A stretch of DNA of 64,000 nucleotides. Origin: a virus. The position numbers and the translations under genes are program-made. The stretch lies in IMG/VR virus record IMGVR_UViG_3300045988_098681, one strand, 5' to 3'. The number at the start of each line of letters is the position of its first letter. Position 1 is the stretch's first letter. Shown here in pieces: positions 1 through 9,723 of the stretch. The notes below the pieces were generated by a model. The model saw nothing but the letters and a program-made list of their open reading frames with translations. It had not been told where the DNA came from and searched no databases.

Positions 1-23
1 GCTGAAAAAAGAATAGAAAATGC

Positions 24-52
24 TTGACACCACCCCAAACCTATGCTATACT
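24..52 (+). promoter_or_regulatory. sigma-70/sigma-A-type promoter (TTGACA-17-TATACT)
   Basis: TTGACA 24-29, 17-nt spacer, TATACT 47-52. It lies just upstream of the AAGGAGG RBS (61-67) and ATG 74. Confidence 0.65.
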
Positions 53-73
53 ACCCATATAAGGAGGTAGAAC

Positions 74-2416
74 ATGAAAACAAAAATTCATTGTAAAGTC
101 GTTCGTAACGTCTTTACAGACAACGATGGTACATTCTCAATTTATGGGTGTGTGCCATCAAAAAACGATTTAGATAAAATCCACCTCAACAAGTATGGGA
201 ACTTCACACTTAAAGGCAATTTGAGTCTACTTGAAGTTGGAGAGGACTATACTGTTGAGGTAGAAGAAAAAAGTGGCTCATACGGCTATGAGTATTGGTT
301 AGTAGGCTTTCCAGAGATAGAAGATTTTGACGTATCTAACGTTAAAGAAATCACAGATGACCAAGAAGCAGAAATGCTCAAATCTTTTATGACTCTTAGC
401 CAAGCAAAATACGTTCACGAAGCCTATCCGAACTTTATTCGTTTAGTGCTTATGGGTGAACAAGACAAGATTGATTACAAAAATATTCACAATGTAGCCG
501 AAATTCGACTCAAAGGATATATTAACAAAGTCAACGAAAGGTTCAAGTATTATAAACTTCATCTTGATAATCCACAATACGAATTATCTATAGGTGATTG
601 CTGGACGCTTTGTTCAACATATTCGACCATACAAGAGTCAAACTTGGCACTTGCGACCAAGCCTTACGAGGTGCTTATTGATGTACTTGGCAGAGGCTTT
701 CAAGAAGCCGACAGAATGATATGTGAGTACGATAACAAGTGGGGAGATTCCGAAGCAAGGTGCTTATACTTGACTTGTTACTTACTTGAGTGCAATGAGG
801 AAGATGGCAACACGAGAATCAATGGAGCGCAAATCGCTAACGTAATCAATCAATACAATCCGCAACTTAACAAGCACATAGTTGAGCTAGTGGAGAAAAG
901 TGATAAGGTTTACTATGATAAACAAACTAAGGACTTATCGTTAATGAAAACATACATTAGTGAGTGCAACATAGCTCAAACGATAAAGCAAAAGACTAAG
1001 AAGCCACAGGTGTGGAACATTGATATTGAAAAGTATCGAGTAAATGAAAATATCACACTTACTGATGAACAAATGGGCATTTTAGAGCTTGTATGTAACT
1101 ATGATTTTGCAATGCTTATGGGAAATAGCGGAAGCGGGAAATCAAGTTCTGTCAAAGCCCTTATCTCGCTCCTTGAGGACAATAACAAGTCTTACACCCT
1201 TCTTGCCCCAAGCGGAATTGCAGCCAAACGCCTTCGTGAAACAACAGGTCGCGAAGCAAGCACAATTCATAGACGTATCATGTCAAGCAACGATATTGAG
1301 AGCGATGTTGTAGTTATTGATGAGGTGTCTATGGTCGATGTTCATTTGTTCTCGACTTTACTCAATCAAATTGCAAGCTATGCAAAGATTATTCTCGTGT
1401 TCGATTCCGCTCAACTTGCCTCAATTCAATGTGGCAACTTAGTGCAAGATATGATGGATTCACACGTTGTTCCATGCGCAGAACTTACTAAGGTTTTCCG
1501 CTATGGTATCGGTGGAATTGCAACCGTTGGTGCAGATGCTAGGAACGGAAGAGAATACTTAACAAGTGATGGAGAACTTAATTGTGAAAATGCCGAGAAT
1601 ATTAAAGACTACGAGTTTATAGAGGTTAATGATGAACCGCTTGAACAAGTTATGAGTGCATATGCAAAGTTAAGAGAAAAGTACGATGTAAAAGATATTC
1701 TTGTGCTTACACCATATAACAAGGGCAATTTTGGTACTTACGCAATCAACCAAGCAATTCAAGAAAAGTACAATCCTGCTGACCCTGTTGACGATGTAGT
1801 ATCAAGAAAACTTCCACCATCACTAGGAGTTCCAATGAAAACCCTTAACTATCATATTGGCGATAAGGTTATTAACAAGAAAAATAACTATCATGCACTA
1901 ACAGATGAGGGGTTTGAACATTACTTGCAAGAACAAAAGTTAAGGCTCAAGATAGATGAATATAAAGTCAAGTTTGGGGCAAATGATGAAGGTGTTTTAG
2001 ACCTTGAGGATACACTTAGAATGATGGAAGAACAAGAGCCACCCGAAGCCACAATATATAATGGTGATATTGGGTTCATTAAACACATTGACGATAAAGG
2101 TAATGTATGGGTGCAATTTGATGAAGATATGATTGTGTGTCGTAAAAGCGACCTTGAAAACTTACTCCTTGCTTATGCCTGCACTAGCCATGCGAGCCAA
2201 GGTTGTGAAGCAAAGGGAGTTATTTTCTTAACCCACCCTAGTCAAAAGCGCATGTTGTCAAGGAACTTATGTTACATGTCGCTCACAAGAGCCAAAGAAC
2301 ACTTAATCGAGATTGGTGATATTTCAACTATCAATAATGCGCTCAAAGTCAATGAAACAAGATTGCGTTACACGTGGCTCAGGGAACTTTTGGAGGAAGA
2401 TAAAGATGTTAAATGA
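74..2416 (+). CDS. RecD-like SF1 DNA helicase
   Basis: 780-aa ORF with a strong RBS. Walker A 'GNSGSGKSS', Walker B 'VVVIDEVSMVD', and C-terminal 'AYACTSHASQGCEAKGVIFL' / 'SLTRAKE' motifs typical of RecD/TraA-type helicases. Confidence 0.85.
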   Translation: MKTKIHCKVVRNVFTDNDGTFSIYGCVPSKNDLDKIHLNKYGNFTLKGNLSLLEVGEDYTVEVEEKSGSYGYEYWLVGFPEIEDFDVSNVKEITDDQEAEMLKSFMTLSQAKYVHEAYPNFIRLVLMGEQDKIDYKNIHNVAEIRLKGYINKVNERFKYYKLHLDNPQYELSIGDCWTLCSTYSTIQESNLALATKPYEVLIDVLGRGFQEADRMICEYDNKWGDSEARCLYLTCYLLECNEEDGNTRINGAQIANVINQYNPQLNKHIVELVEKSDKVYYDKQTKDLSLMKTYISECNIAQTIKQKTKKPQVWNIDIEKYRVNENITLTDEQMGILELVCNYDFAMLMGNSGSGKSSSVKALISLLEDNNKSYTLLAPSGIAAKRLRETTGREASTIHRRIMSSNDIESDVVVIDEVSMVDVHLFSTLLNQIASYAKIILVFDSAQLASIQCGNLVQDMMDSHVVPCAELTKVFRYGIGGIATVGADARNGREYLTSDGELNCENAENIKDYEFIEVNDEPLEQVMSAYAKLREKYDVKDILVLTPYNKGNFGTYAINQAIQEKYNPADPVDDVVSRKLPPSLGVPMKTLNYHIGDKVINKKNNYHALTDEGFEHYLQEQKLRLKIDEYKVKFGANDEGVLDLEDTLRMMEEQEPPEATIYNGDIGFIKHIDDKGNVWVQFDEDMIVCRKSDLENLLLAYACTSHASQGCEAKGVIFLTHPSQKRMLSRNLCYMSLTRAKEHLIEIGDISTINNALKVNETRLRYTWLRELLEEDKDVK

Positions 2417-3005
2417 TAAGCAAAGAAAGTTCATAGAGGATAACATAAAACTCGTTTACAAGTTTTGCGCTAGGTACAACATTACTGACGAGGACGATAT
2501 TAGCGACTTTGTATGCAAGTTTTGCGAGCTTGTAGAAAGTGATGCTTACGATGAAGATAGAGGTAAATTCTCTACCTTCATTTGGGCATCGCTCAACAAC
2601 TACGCTCACTATCGCTATGAGGGTCAAAATGCCCTTAAACGTAACCTTGCCGAAGGTGAAAGATTCGTCTATTTAAACAAAATGATTGCTAATGGAAAAA
2701 GCGACAAAGAGGACGAAACAGAAATACAAGAATTGGTTCAAACTCGTAATGATTACTTTGACGAGGTTGACTTAGGCATAGCGATTGAAAAAATGCGTAA
2801 GGCAGCTAGAGAACGTGATAATAGAAAAAAGTGCAAAAGGCGCATATCAAACGAAAAAATGCTCGATATTGTTCTCTACTATTACAAACACGAGAACGGC
2901 GAAATGAATATTACAGAGGTCGCTCGTGCGCTTCATACTACAAAACAGACTGTATTTAACAATTTGCAAGAATTAAGAAAGTCGGCAAAGAGGTGTTTAG
3001 AATGA
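2406..3005 (+). CDS. sigma-70 family factor (region 2 + region 4)
   Basis: Internal ATG 2406 overlaps the helicase stop. 'NIKLVYKFCARY...RGKFSTFIWASL' resembles region 2, and the C-terminal 'MLDIVLYYY...NITEVARALHTTKQTVFNNLQELRK' is an HTH resembling region 4. Confidence 0.7.
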   Translation: MLNDKQRKFIEDNIKLVYKFCARYNITDEDDISDFVCKFCELVESDAYDEDRGKFSTFIWASLNNYAHYRYEGQNALKRNLAEGERFVYLNKMIANGKSDKEDETEIQELVQTRNDYFDEVDLGIAIEKMRKAARERDNRKKCKRRISNEKMLDIVLYYYKHENGEMNITEVARALHTTKQTVFNNLQELRKSAKRCLE

Positions 3006-3547
3006 CAAGCGAACAATCAAAATTTGCAGAAGAAAATATTCGCCTCATGTATCGCTATTTCAACATGCACAACATTACAAACGAGGACGATAAAGCAGAC
3101 TTGTTTGAATACTATTGTAAAGTAATTGAATGTTACGATGATAAAAAAGGAAAATTCAGCACCCTGCTCTATTTTTCCCTTGACAGATATCGTAGACATA
3201 TTTATAATTATAAGTATAATAAGTGTAGATTTTCTGATAAGCCGAGTATATCTTTAGACTCAACTTATGATGACGAAAACGATTGGCTACAAGAGCTAGT
3301 TTGTGAAAGGGACGTTGATATTGAGTTTGTGGAGTTCTTGGATATTTGTGAGCGTGTTTATGATAAACTTGCAACTAAGAAAAATAGTTACAATCGAAAA
3401 CTCGAAGATAGAGAACTCTTTACAATGCTCTTGGCAGGCTACACGAGAAAGGAGATTGGCAATATGTATAATATCTCACAACAAGCATTGTCTGTGAGGA
3501 TTAACAAAATTAAAGCAATTTTTTATAAGGAAATGGAGGAATGTTGA
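3002..3547 (+). CDS. sigma-70 family factor, paralog of the preceding gene
   Basis: 'ENIRLMYRYFNMH...KGKFSTLLYFSL' plus 'LLAGYTRKEIGNMYNISQQALSVRINKIK'. Same architecture as 2406-3005. The start is 2993 or 3002. Confidence 0.65.
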   Translation: MTSEQSKFAEENIRLMYRYFNMHNITNEDDKADLFEYYCKVIECYDDKKGKFSTLLYFSLDRYRRHIYNYKYNKCRFSDKPSISLDSTYDDENDWLQELVCERDVDIEFVEFLDICERVYDKLATKKNSYNRKLEDRELFTMLLAGYTRKEIGNMYNISQQALSVRINKIKAIFYKEMEEC

Positions 3548-4852
3548 TGAGAGTAGAAGAATGGCTTGGCGAAGATAATAAGATTGGGTTAGATATTTGG
3601 CACAAAAAGTATCAACATGGCAATGAGACATTCGATGAATGGCTTGATAGAGTAAGTGGAGGTGATAATGACCTAAGAGAACTCATTAAAAGTAAAAAGT
3701 TCTTATTTGGTGGCAGAGTGCTTGCGAATCGAGGTGTGCCAGATAGTGGGAATTTTTATAATTGCTTTTCTGCCGGATATGTAAAAGACGATTATGCAAG
3801 TATTATGGACGTATTAAAAGAAGTTGGTATTACGTTCAAGTATCAAGGTGGTCAAGGAATCTCCATGTCGAAACTTCGTCCAAAAGGAACAAAAATTGGC
3901 GATAATTATGAGTCAGATGGTATTGTTCCTTTTATTGAAATGTTCAATTCTGTCACTAAAGGTACTTCGCAAGGCGGTGCAAGAAAAGGTGCTTTGATGA
4001 TTAGCTTAGACATCAATCACAAAGAAGCCGAAACATTCATCAAGCTAAAAACTGATCTTGACGCTGTAACAAAAGCGAATCTCTCTATGGAAATAGACGA
4101 TGAGTTTATGACTGCGGTGCAAGAGTTCTACTATGATGGGACAATAAAAACATTACATAAGAGATACAACTACAATGGGCATGTTGTGGAATATGATATT
4201 ACGCCGATTGAATTGTATAAATTGATGATGGAAGTTGTATGGGACTACGGGGAGCCGGGGTGTATCTTTGTAGACGAATTTAGGAACAACAACTTTTTAG
4301 AGCTTGATAACGAGTATCAAATAGAAACTTGCAATCCATGCGGAGAACAACCATTAAAAGCTCGTACAAGCTGCTTGCTTGGCTCATTAAACTTATACGA
4401 GTTTGTTGAAAACAAGTTTACAAGTGATGTGTATTTTAACTTTGAGGAATTTGCAAAAGCTATTAAAGTAGCCTCAAATGCACTTGATAACATCATCGAA
4501 GAAAATGCTCCAAGGCTTCCTAAAGAACTGGAGCAATACAAACAAAACGCTTATGATTGGCGTAATATGGGGCTTGGTGTATTCAACTATGCACACATGC
4601 TCATGGCTATGGGGCTTAAATACGGTAGCGAAGAAGCGTTGGCTTTTACTGATACGCTATTTTACACTATGATGATAGAAGCCATTATATCAAATGACGA
4701 AAGGGGCAAAGAAAAGGGTAATTATCCAAAGTTCAAAGGCGGGTTAGTACAAAAGTCCACGATGTTTAGAAACCATGCCCCCGAAGAACTTTTACAAAAC
4801 GGTGCGCTACATGCTAGAAATTGCACGTTGTTATCTATCGCGCCAACTGGAT
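3547..4852 (+). CDS. nrdJ: class II (B12-dependent) ribonucleotide reductase, exon 1
   Basis: GGAGGA RBS at 3535-3540. RNR active-site motif 'CNPCGEQPL'. The ORF breaks right after 'LLSIAPTG', with a stop 3 codons later. Confidence 0.8.
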
Positions 4853-5155
4853 TAACACAATAGGTTCAGTATAAACTATTTTAATTGCTGGAAACCCCTT
4901 AGAGCTACTTAAACTACAACGTAGGTATGAAATAAAACCAAGCGTGAATGTCTGAAAATTAAGTAGATTGGGCAATCAGCAGCTAAGACTCGAATAGAGT
5001 AAAGTTCAACGACTATCCCGCAAGGGAGTACACAATAAGCAAGAAATGATTGTGGAAAAGGATAGATACTATTTATAGTATAAGATATAGTCTATTCTTA
5101 TAGGAAACTATAAGCAGTTATATAACGGCAAATGTCTTGCGAACATTTGTGAATG
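4853..5155 (+). ncRNA. group I self-splicing intron (ORF-less, ~303 nt)
   Basis: R-like core 'GTTCAACGACTAT' at 4994-5006 and S-like core 'AAGATATAGTC' at 5082-5092. A 7-bp P1 pairs exon ACTGGAT (4846-4852) with GTTCAGT (4864-4870), with U.G at the splice site. The intron ends on G5155 and the exons join in frame. Confidence 0.8.
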
Positions 5156-6171
5156 TAAAAACTATTGCAACGATGGTAAATGGCGCAGGAGGGGTTGAGC
5201 CTGAGTTTGCCTTATCCTACACTCGTAGAACAGACAATTTAGATGAATCCTACAAGATTGAGTCAAACATCGTAAAAGAATATCGTATAATCACAGGCAA
5301 CACAGGCGAGCTACCAGACTATTTTGTATCAAGCGCAGACATCCATTGGAGAGACAGAGTAAAAACGCAATCTGTCATTCAAAAACATATTGATACAGCA
5401 ATTAGCTCAACTGTCAACTTACCAAAGGAAACTACCAAAGAAGAAATCGAGGAACTATACTTATACGCTTGGATTTGTGGGTTAAAAGGAATTACAATCT
5501 TTAGAGATGGGTGCAAAAGACTTGGCATTCTCACAACACAAGAAGATGAAGCTACGCAAAGTGAAAAGCCTAAATCAGAACTCACTCGTGGAACCATTCT
5601 TTCTGTTTCCGACGACTTGATTGGCGCAAAAAGAAAATTGAATACAGGCTGTGGGTCTTTGCATTTTGAGGTATATTTTGATGAAGTGACAGGCGAACCA
5701 CTTGAAACCTTTGTAAACGTAGGCTCTAGTGGTGGATGTGAGAAAAACTTACAATTCATTTCTCGACTCATCTCACTTGCCCTTAGAGCAGGTGTATCAA
5801 TCGAGGATATTATCGACCAATGCAAGTCAATTAAACCTTGCCCTGCATATGTATCTAGGACTAATAAAAAACACGATACAAGCAAGGGATCAAGTTGTCC
5901 TAGTGCCATTGGATATGCGTTAGAGGATTTGTATGACAAAATCAAAGAACGATGCTTTGCGGATTTTGATTTAGAAGATGGTTATGTTGAACCATTGACA
6001 ATCAGTTCACCTGCAATCAAAGAATCAGATAAGGTTGTAAAAACAGGTGCAGATGGTCAAATGATTATTAAAAACTCTGATTGTATATGTCCTGAATGTG
6101 GAGAACCTTTAGTATTTGAGGGTGGTTGTAACCAATGCAAGGCTTGTGGTTTGTATAGTAATTGCGATTAA
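5156..6171 (+). CDS. nrdJ: class II ribonucleotide reductase, exon 2
   Basis: Continues '..(L)KTIATMVNGAGGVEPEFALSYTRR..'. C-terminal CxxC...CxxC zinc ribbon 'CPECGEPLVFEGGCNQCKACG'. Confidence 0.8.
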
Positions 6172-6180
6172 GGAGGTCAT

Positions 6181-6396
6181 ATGAAAGACGACACAAAACA
6201 AATAAATCTAAACATTGGAAGTGTAATACAAATTGTGTTTATAATCCTTAAATTAACCAATTTAATTCATTGGTCTTGGCTTTGGGTGCTGTCACCACTT
6301 TGGATATCTGCAATTATTACACTACTTGTGTATACTATATCAGCTTGCATTATCAAGGAGAAAAAGAAATATGAGAGTAACGAACATTCAAATTAA
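6181..6396 (+). CDS. small membrane protein (2 predicted TM segments)
   Basis: AGGAGG RBS at 6172-6177. Hydrophobic stretches 'VIQIVFIILKLTNLI' and 'VLSPLWISAIITLLVYTISACII'. Confidence 0.5.
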   Translation: MKDDTKQINLNIGSVIQIVFIILKLTNLIHWSWLWVLSPLWISAIITLLVYTISACIIKEKKKYESNEHSN

Positions 6397-6976
6397 AGGT
6401 TCGTGGAGCGAGGTCTTAAATGACTCTCGCTTCACCGTATCCAAACCACCACTTGACAAAAAGCCAAGCGAAAAGTTCAAAAAATCTATCATCACAGCCG
6501 AACATTCGCCAATTCGCGACTTAATCGTGCGTGTAGATTTGGAGGATATTCCAACATGGGTTGCAACACACCTTGTTCGCCATAAGTGGGAAAAATTCGT
6601 ACAAACACAACGTACAGATCGCACAGGTGTGGATAGACATACTCTACCCCAAGACGCTCCTGTGTCTATGCGATGTGAACTTAACGCTCAACACCTTATC
6701 GACACAAGCAGGAAACGTTTGTGTTTTCAAGCTAGTAAAGAAACTAGGGAACTTTGGGAAGAATTTAAGTATGAACTACACAAGGTTGAGCCTATTCTTG
6801 CCGATATGATGGTTCCAAATTGCGTTTATCGATGCGGTTGCCCAGAGTTAAGTTGTTGTGGAATGGTAGAAAAGTGGTTACCGTTTACTAAAATTGACTT
6901 GACAAATATTCAAGAACGGTATAAAATGTATAACGAATGGTTGTATAATAAGTGGAAAGAAAAAAGGGGAGAGTAA
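6371..6976 (+). CDS. ThyX-like (flavin-dependent thymidylate synthase fold) protein
   Basis: AAGGAG RBS at 6355-6360. 'AEHSPIRDLIVRVDLEDIPTWVATHLVRHKWEKFVQTQRTDR' and 'LNAQHLIDTSRKRLCFQAS' align by eye to the ThyX core blocks. The RHR..S motif is deviant (RHK...Q). Confidence 0.5.
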   Translation: MRVTNIQIKGSWSEVLNDSRFTVSKPPLDKKPSEKFKKSIITAEHSPIRDLIVRVDLEDIPTWVATHLVRHKWEKFVQTQRTDRTGVDRHTLPQDAPVSMRCELNAQHLIDTSRKRLCFQASKETRELWEEFKYELHKVEPILADMMVPNCVYRCGCPELSCCGMVEKWLPFTKIDLTNIQERYKMYNEWLYNKWKEKRGE

Positions 6977-7423
6977 ATGGGAAAATATATGGATAATGCA
7001 AAGTTATTACATGATTACCTTAAATCGATACAAGTTGGAAAGGGGAATAAGATGAAAGATAAAATTATTTACACTAAACCATTAGAAAAAACAGAATATG
7101 GAGGCACTTTATCGCCATTTTATATAAATAATACATATGGAACATTGGGCAATAAAGTATATATTGAAAAAGTCCTCTACAACAATCCTGCCACAATCGT
7201 ATTTTGGAGCGATGGAACACAAACGCGCAACATCTGCCCAAAAGAAACACTCTACAACCCAGACACAGGGCTTGCATTTTGTGTCCTTAAAAAGTTCATG
7301 GGTGGCGATGAGATGGCTAAGTTGTTCAATGATTGGGAACTCAAAGACTATCGTAGAGATAAAGGTAATTGGGTTGAGCTAAAAGATGTAAGAAAAGCGC
7401 ATAAAAAAGAAAATAATGCTTGA
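6977..7423 (+). CDS. hypothetical protein
   Basis: 148-aa ORF. Its ATG abuts the preceding stop (TAAATG). Confidence 0.5.
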   Translation: MGKYMDNAKLLHDYLKSIQVGKGNKMKDKIIYTKPLEKTEYGGTLSPFYINNTYGTLGNKVYIEKVLYNNPATIVFWSDGTQTRNICPKETLYNPDTGLAFCVLKKFMGGDEMAKLFNDWELKDYRRDKGNWVELKDVRKAHKKENNA

Positions 7424-7448
7424 CTCCTTGTAACGTTTATTGTATAAG
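7420..7448 (+). promoter_or_regulatory. sigma-70-type promoter (TTGACT-17-TATAAG)
   Basis: TTGACT 7420-7425, 17-nt spacer, TATAAG 7443-7448, followed by a GGGAGG RBS and ATG 7471. Confidence 0.55.
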
Positions 7449-7470
7449 AAGAAAAAAAGGGAGGTAAAAC

Positions 7471-7716
7471 ATGAGTTATGCACATAACAAAAGAAAAAAG
7501 AATCGTGCAAAATTTGAGGACTTGATGTGCAATACATTCGATGAGTTTTGCACCAAGCGAAATCGTCCTGCACCAATGTTACTCACAAAAGAACAATACG
7601 ACCAAGAGATGTATTTGTGGATCAACTACAAGAAATACTATAAGATGGAAATGACGATGCAAGAGAGAGCATGGGCATCTAATCATGCAAAGGAGGCTTA
7701 TAGTGCGTTGGAATAG
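7471..7716 (+). CDS. hypothetical protein
   Basis: 81-aa ORF with its own promoter and RBS. Confidence 0.55.
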   Translation: MSYAHNKRKKNRAKFEDLMCNTFDEFCTKRNRPAPMLLTKEQYDQEMYLWINYKKYYKMEMTMQERAWASNHAKEAYSALE

Positions 7717-8326
7717 GCTTATCACAGAGATAAAAGAGGGGAAAAGAAAAGTTGTCGATGATAATATTCTTGTTCTCCTTGTGGGCAAAAGTGGGGCAGG
7801 AAAAACAACCCTAGAAAATAGACTTGTTAAGAACTTTGGCTTTCGTGGCACAAAATCCTACACCACAAGACCAAGACGATTTGAAGGTGAGGATAGCCAT
7901 ATCTTTATTAGCGAAGAAGAGTTCAACGCTCTTGAAAATAAGGTTGCCTATACCGAGTTCAATGGCTATAAGTATTGTGCCACAAAAGAACAACTCGATA
8001 ATGCAAATGTCTATGTAGTTGACCCAGATGGGGTGGAAACTCTTATGAAAAACTACGATAGGAACTTTTTCATCGTATTTCTTGACGTTAATAAGCAATT
8101 ATGCGAAAAGCGTATGAAAGAGCGTGGTGACGATTCTAACGCAATTAAAACAAGGTTAGATAGTGATGAAAAAATCTTTGAAACATTCAAAGCAAAAGCA
8201 GATGTGGTTATTGACGCAAGTGGTGGCATAGATAGAATGGTGGGAGATTTCTTAGTGTACTATATTATGATGCGTCTTGAAAGCGAGGTGGTAGAGTGGG
8301 AACGTTTGAACCGAAAATTACCGTAA
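7703..8326 (+). CDS. guanylate kinase-like / dNMP kinase
   Basis: AGGAGG at 7691-7696 followed by GTG 7703. P-loop 'LVGKSGAGKTT'. 'TTRPRRFEGEDSHIFISEEEF' matches the guanylate kinase signature TTRxxRxGE. Confidence 0.7.
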   Translation: MRWNRLITEIKEGKRKVVDDNILVLLVGKSGAGKTTLENRLVKNFGFRGTKSYTTRPRRFEGEDSHIFISEEEFNALENKVAYTEFNGYKYCATKEQLDNANVYVVDPDGVETLMKNYDRNFFIVFLDVNKQLCEKRMKERGDDSNAIKTRLDSDEKIFETFKAKADVVIDASGGIDRMVGDFLVYYIMMRLESEVVEWERLNRKLP

Positions 8327-8979
8327 TGGTTGATCTTGATGACGTCCTATGGAATTTGGTTGAGCATTGGATAGATATGTATAAACATCATCGTGCCATG
8401 AGTTTTAAGTGGTGTATTTTAGACGATGCACACGATGAGGTTCTTAACTCTTCCATGGTTACATCATGGGATATTGAGTCTTGTCTTGAGCCAACAGATA
8501 AAAAACTATTTTGGTCGGTGCTTGATACTAAGGGATTTTGGGATACAATCACAGCAAATCTCGAAACAATCTATGCACTAAAAGCCATCAACGACAACCC
8601 AAACATCGACCTCATCATTTGCACCGATACTTACTATAAGTCAGCAACCGCAAAACTCACACGATTTTTCGAGTTATTCCCATTCATTGAGCCACGACAA
8701 GTTATCTGTATGAAAGAAAAATGGAGACTCGATGCAGATATTGTAATTGATGACAAACCAGAAACACTTGAAAAATTTATGTTAAAGCAAAACCCACCTG
8801 TTGCAATTATGAAAATAAACAAACCTTGGAACGAAACGACAATTTGTGACTATTCGTTCAATGAGTTTAACGATGGGATTGCTAGATTTTGTAAAGATGC
8901 TGCTCAATCATACGTTGATGTAATGAAAGAAATTAGATTAGAAGGAGGAAATTCTTATGAGAGATGTTACTACAATTAA
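8326..8979 (+). CDS. 5'(3')-deoxyribonucleotidase-like HAD phosphatase
   Basis: TAATG overlap start at 8326. HAD motif I 'VDLDDVLWN' and a late 'VIDDKPE' motif. Confidence 0.6.
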   Translation: MVDLDDVLWNLVEHWIDMYKHHRAMSFKWCILDDAHDEVLNSSMVTSWDIESCLEPTDKKLFWSVLDTKGFWDTITANLETIYALKAINDNPNIDLIICTDTYYKSATAKLTRFFELFPFIEPRQVICMKEKWRLDADIVIDDKPETLEKFMLKQNPPVAIMKINKPWNETTICDYSFNEFNDGIARFCKDAAQSYVDVMKEIRLEGGNSYERCYYN

Positions 8980-9406
8980 ATTTGCTAAACTTGTCGATAG
9001 TGCCACTATCCCAAGTGGAAGAGATGAGGACTTGGGTATTGACTTTTACGCTTATGACAAGAGAATGTTAACCGTTACGTTAAAGCCACATATTGTATAC
9101 CAATTACCGACCGGTATCATTATGGCTATGGACGAAGGCTATGGCATGATTCTTAAAGAGCGTAGTTCGCTTGGCTCAAAAGGTGTTGCCCTAAGAGCAG
9201 GAGTCATTGATAGTGGGTATCGTGGTGAAGTCATTATTTGTTTAGAGAACACAACCGACAACGATATTAACATTGACCTTACTAAAGCAATCGCACAAGG
9301 GGTACTTATCCCAAATCCTAAAAAAGTGATTGAGGAATACAAGATGGATGAGATTATGGCAATTGATAGCGAGAGAGGGGTTAGAGGATTTGGGTCAACA
9401 AATTAA
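8957..9406 (+). CDS. dut: dUTP diphosphatase
   Basis: 'GRDEDLGIDFYA', 'GVIDSGYRGEV' and C-terminal 'RGVRGFGSTN' are classic trimeric dUTPase motifs. Confidence 0.85.
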   Translation: MRDVTTIKFAKLVDSATIPSGRDEDLGIDFYAYDKRMLTVTLKPHIVYQLPTGIIMAMDEGYGMILKERSSLGSKGVALRAGVIDSGYRGEVIICLENTTDNDINIDLTKAIAQGVLIPNPKKVIEEYKMDEIMAIDSERGVRGFGSTN

Positions 9407-9665
9407 AACTTCGACTAAGCTGACAGAAAATAGTTTGTGTGACAAACTCACCACTAATACTTCAAGCAAGACACAAACCATTACTATTAACAACAATGCA
9501 GTTCTATGCAGACAATGTCGTTTATGTAAACGTGATGTTGCGATATCTGCTTATTCACCAGAAAACAGTCCATATTGCCCCGATTGTGAAAAGGCACTAA
9601 ACGAAATAATTACATGGTGGAATAGTACCGCTAGAAAGTGGTGGGTAAGCAAAAAAAGTAAATAA
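9330..9665 (+). CDS. hypothetical Cys-rich (zinc-ribbon-like) protein, start uncertain
   Basis: ORF overlaps the dut 3' end. 'CRQCRLCK...CPDCEK'. No clear RBS. Confidence 0.3.
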   Translation: MRNTRWMRLWQLIAREGLEDLGQQIKTSTKLTENSLCDKLTTNTSSKTQTITINNNAVLCRQCRLCKRDVAISAYSPENSPYCPDCEKALNEIITWWNSTARKWWVSKKSK

Positions 9666-9675
9666 ATCCGAAAAA

Positions 9676-9700
9676 AGACAGAGAATTAAATTCTCTGTCT
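9676..9700. terminator. bidirectional rho-independent terminator between convergent operons
   Basis: Perfect stem AGACAGAGAATT / AATTCTCTGTCT, flanked by an A-run (9671-9676) and a T-run (9700-9704). Confidence 0.7.
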
Positions 9701-9723
9701 TTTATTCTGTTATATATCACAAT

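Noticed and set aside
5379-5945. 188-aa - strand ORF
   Set aside because: It is antisense inside nrdJ exon 2, whose coding assignment is strongly supported by motifs.
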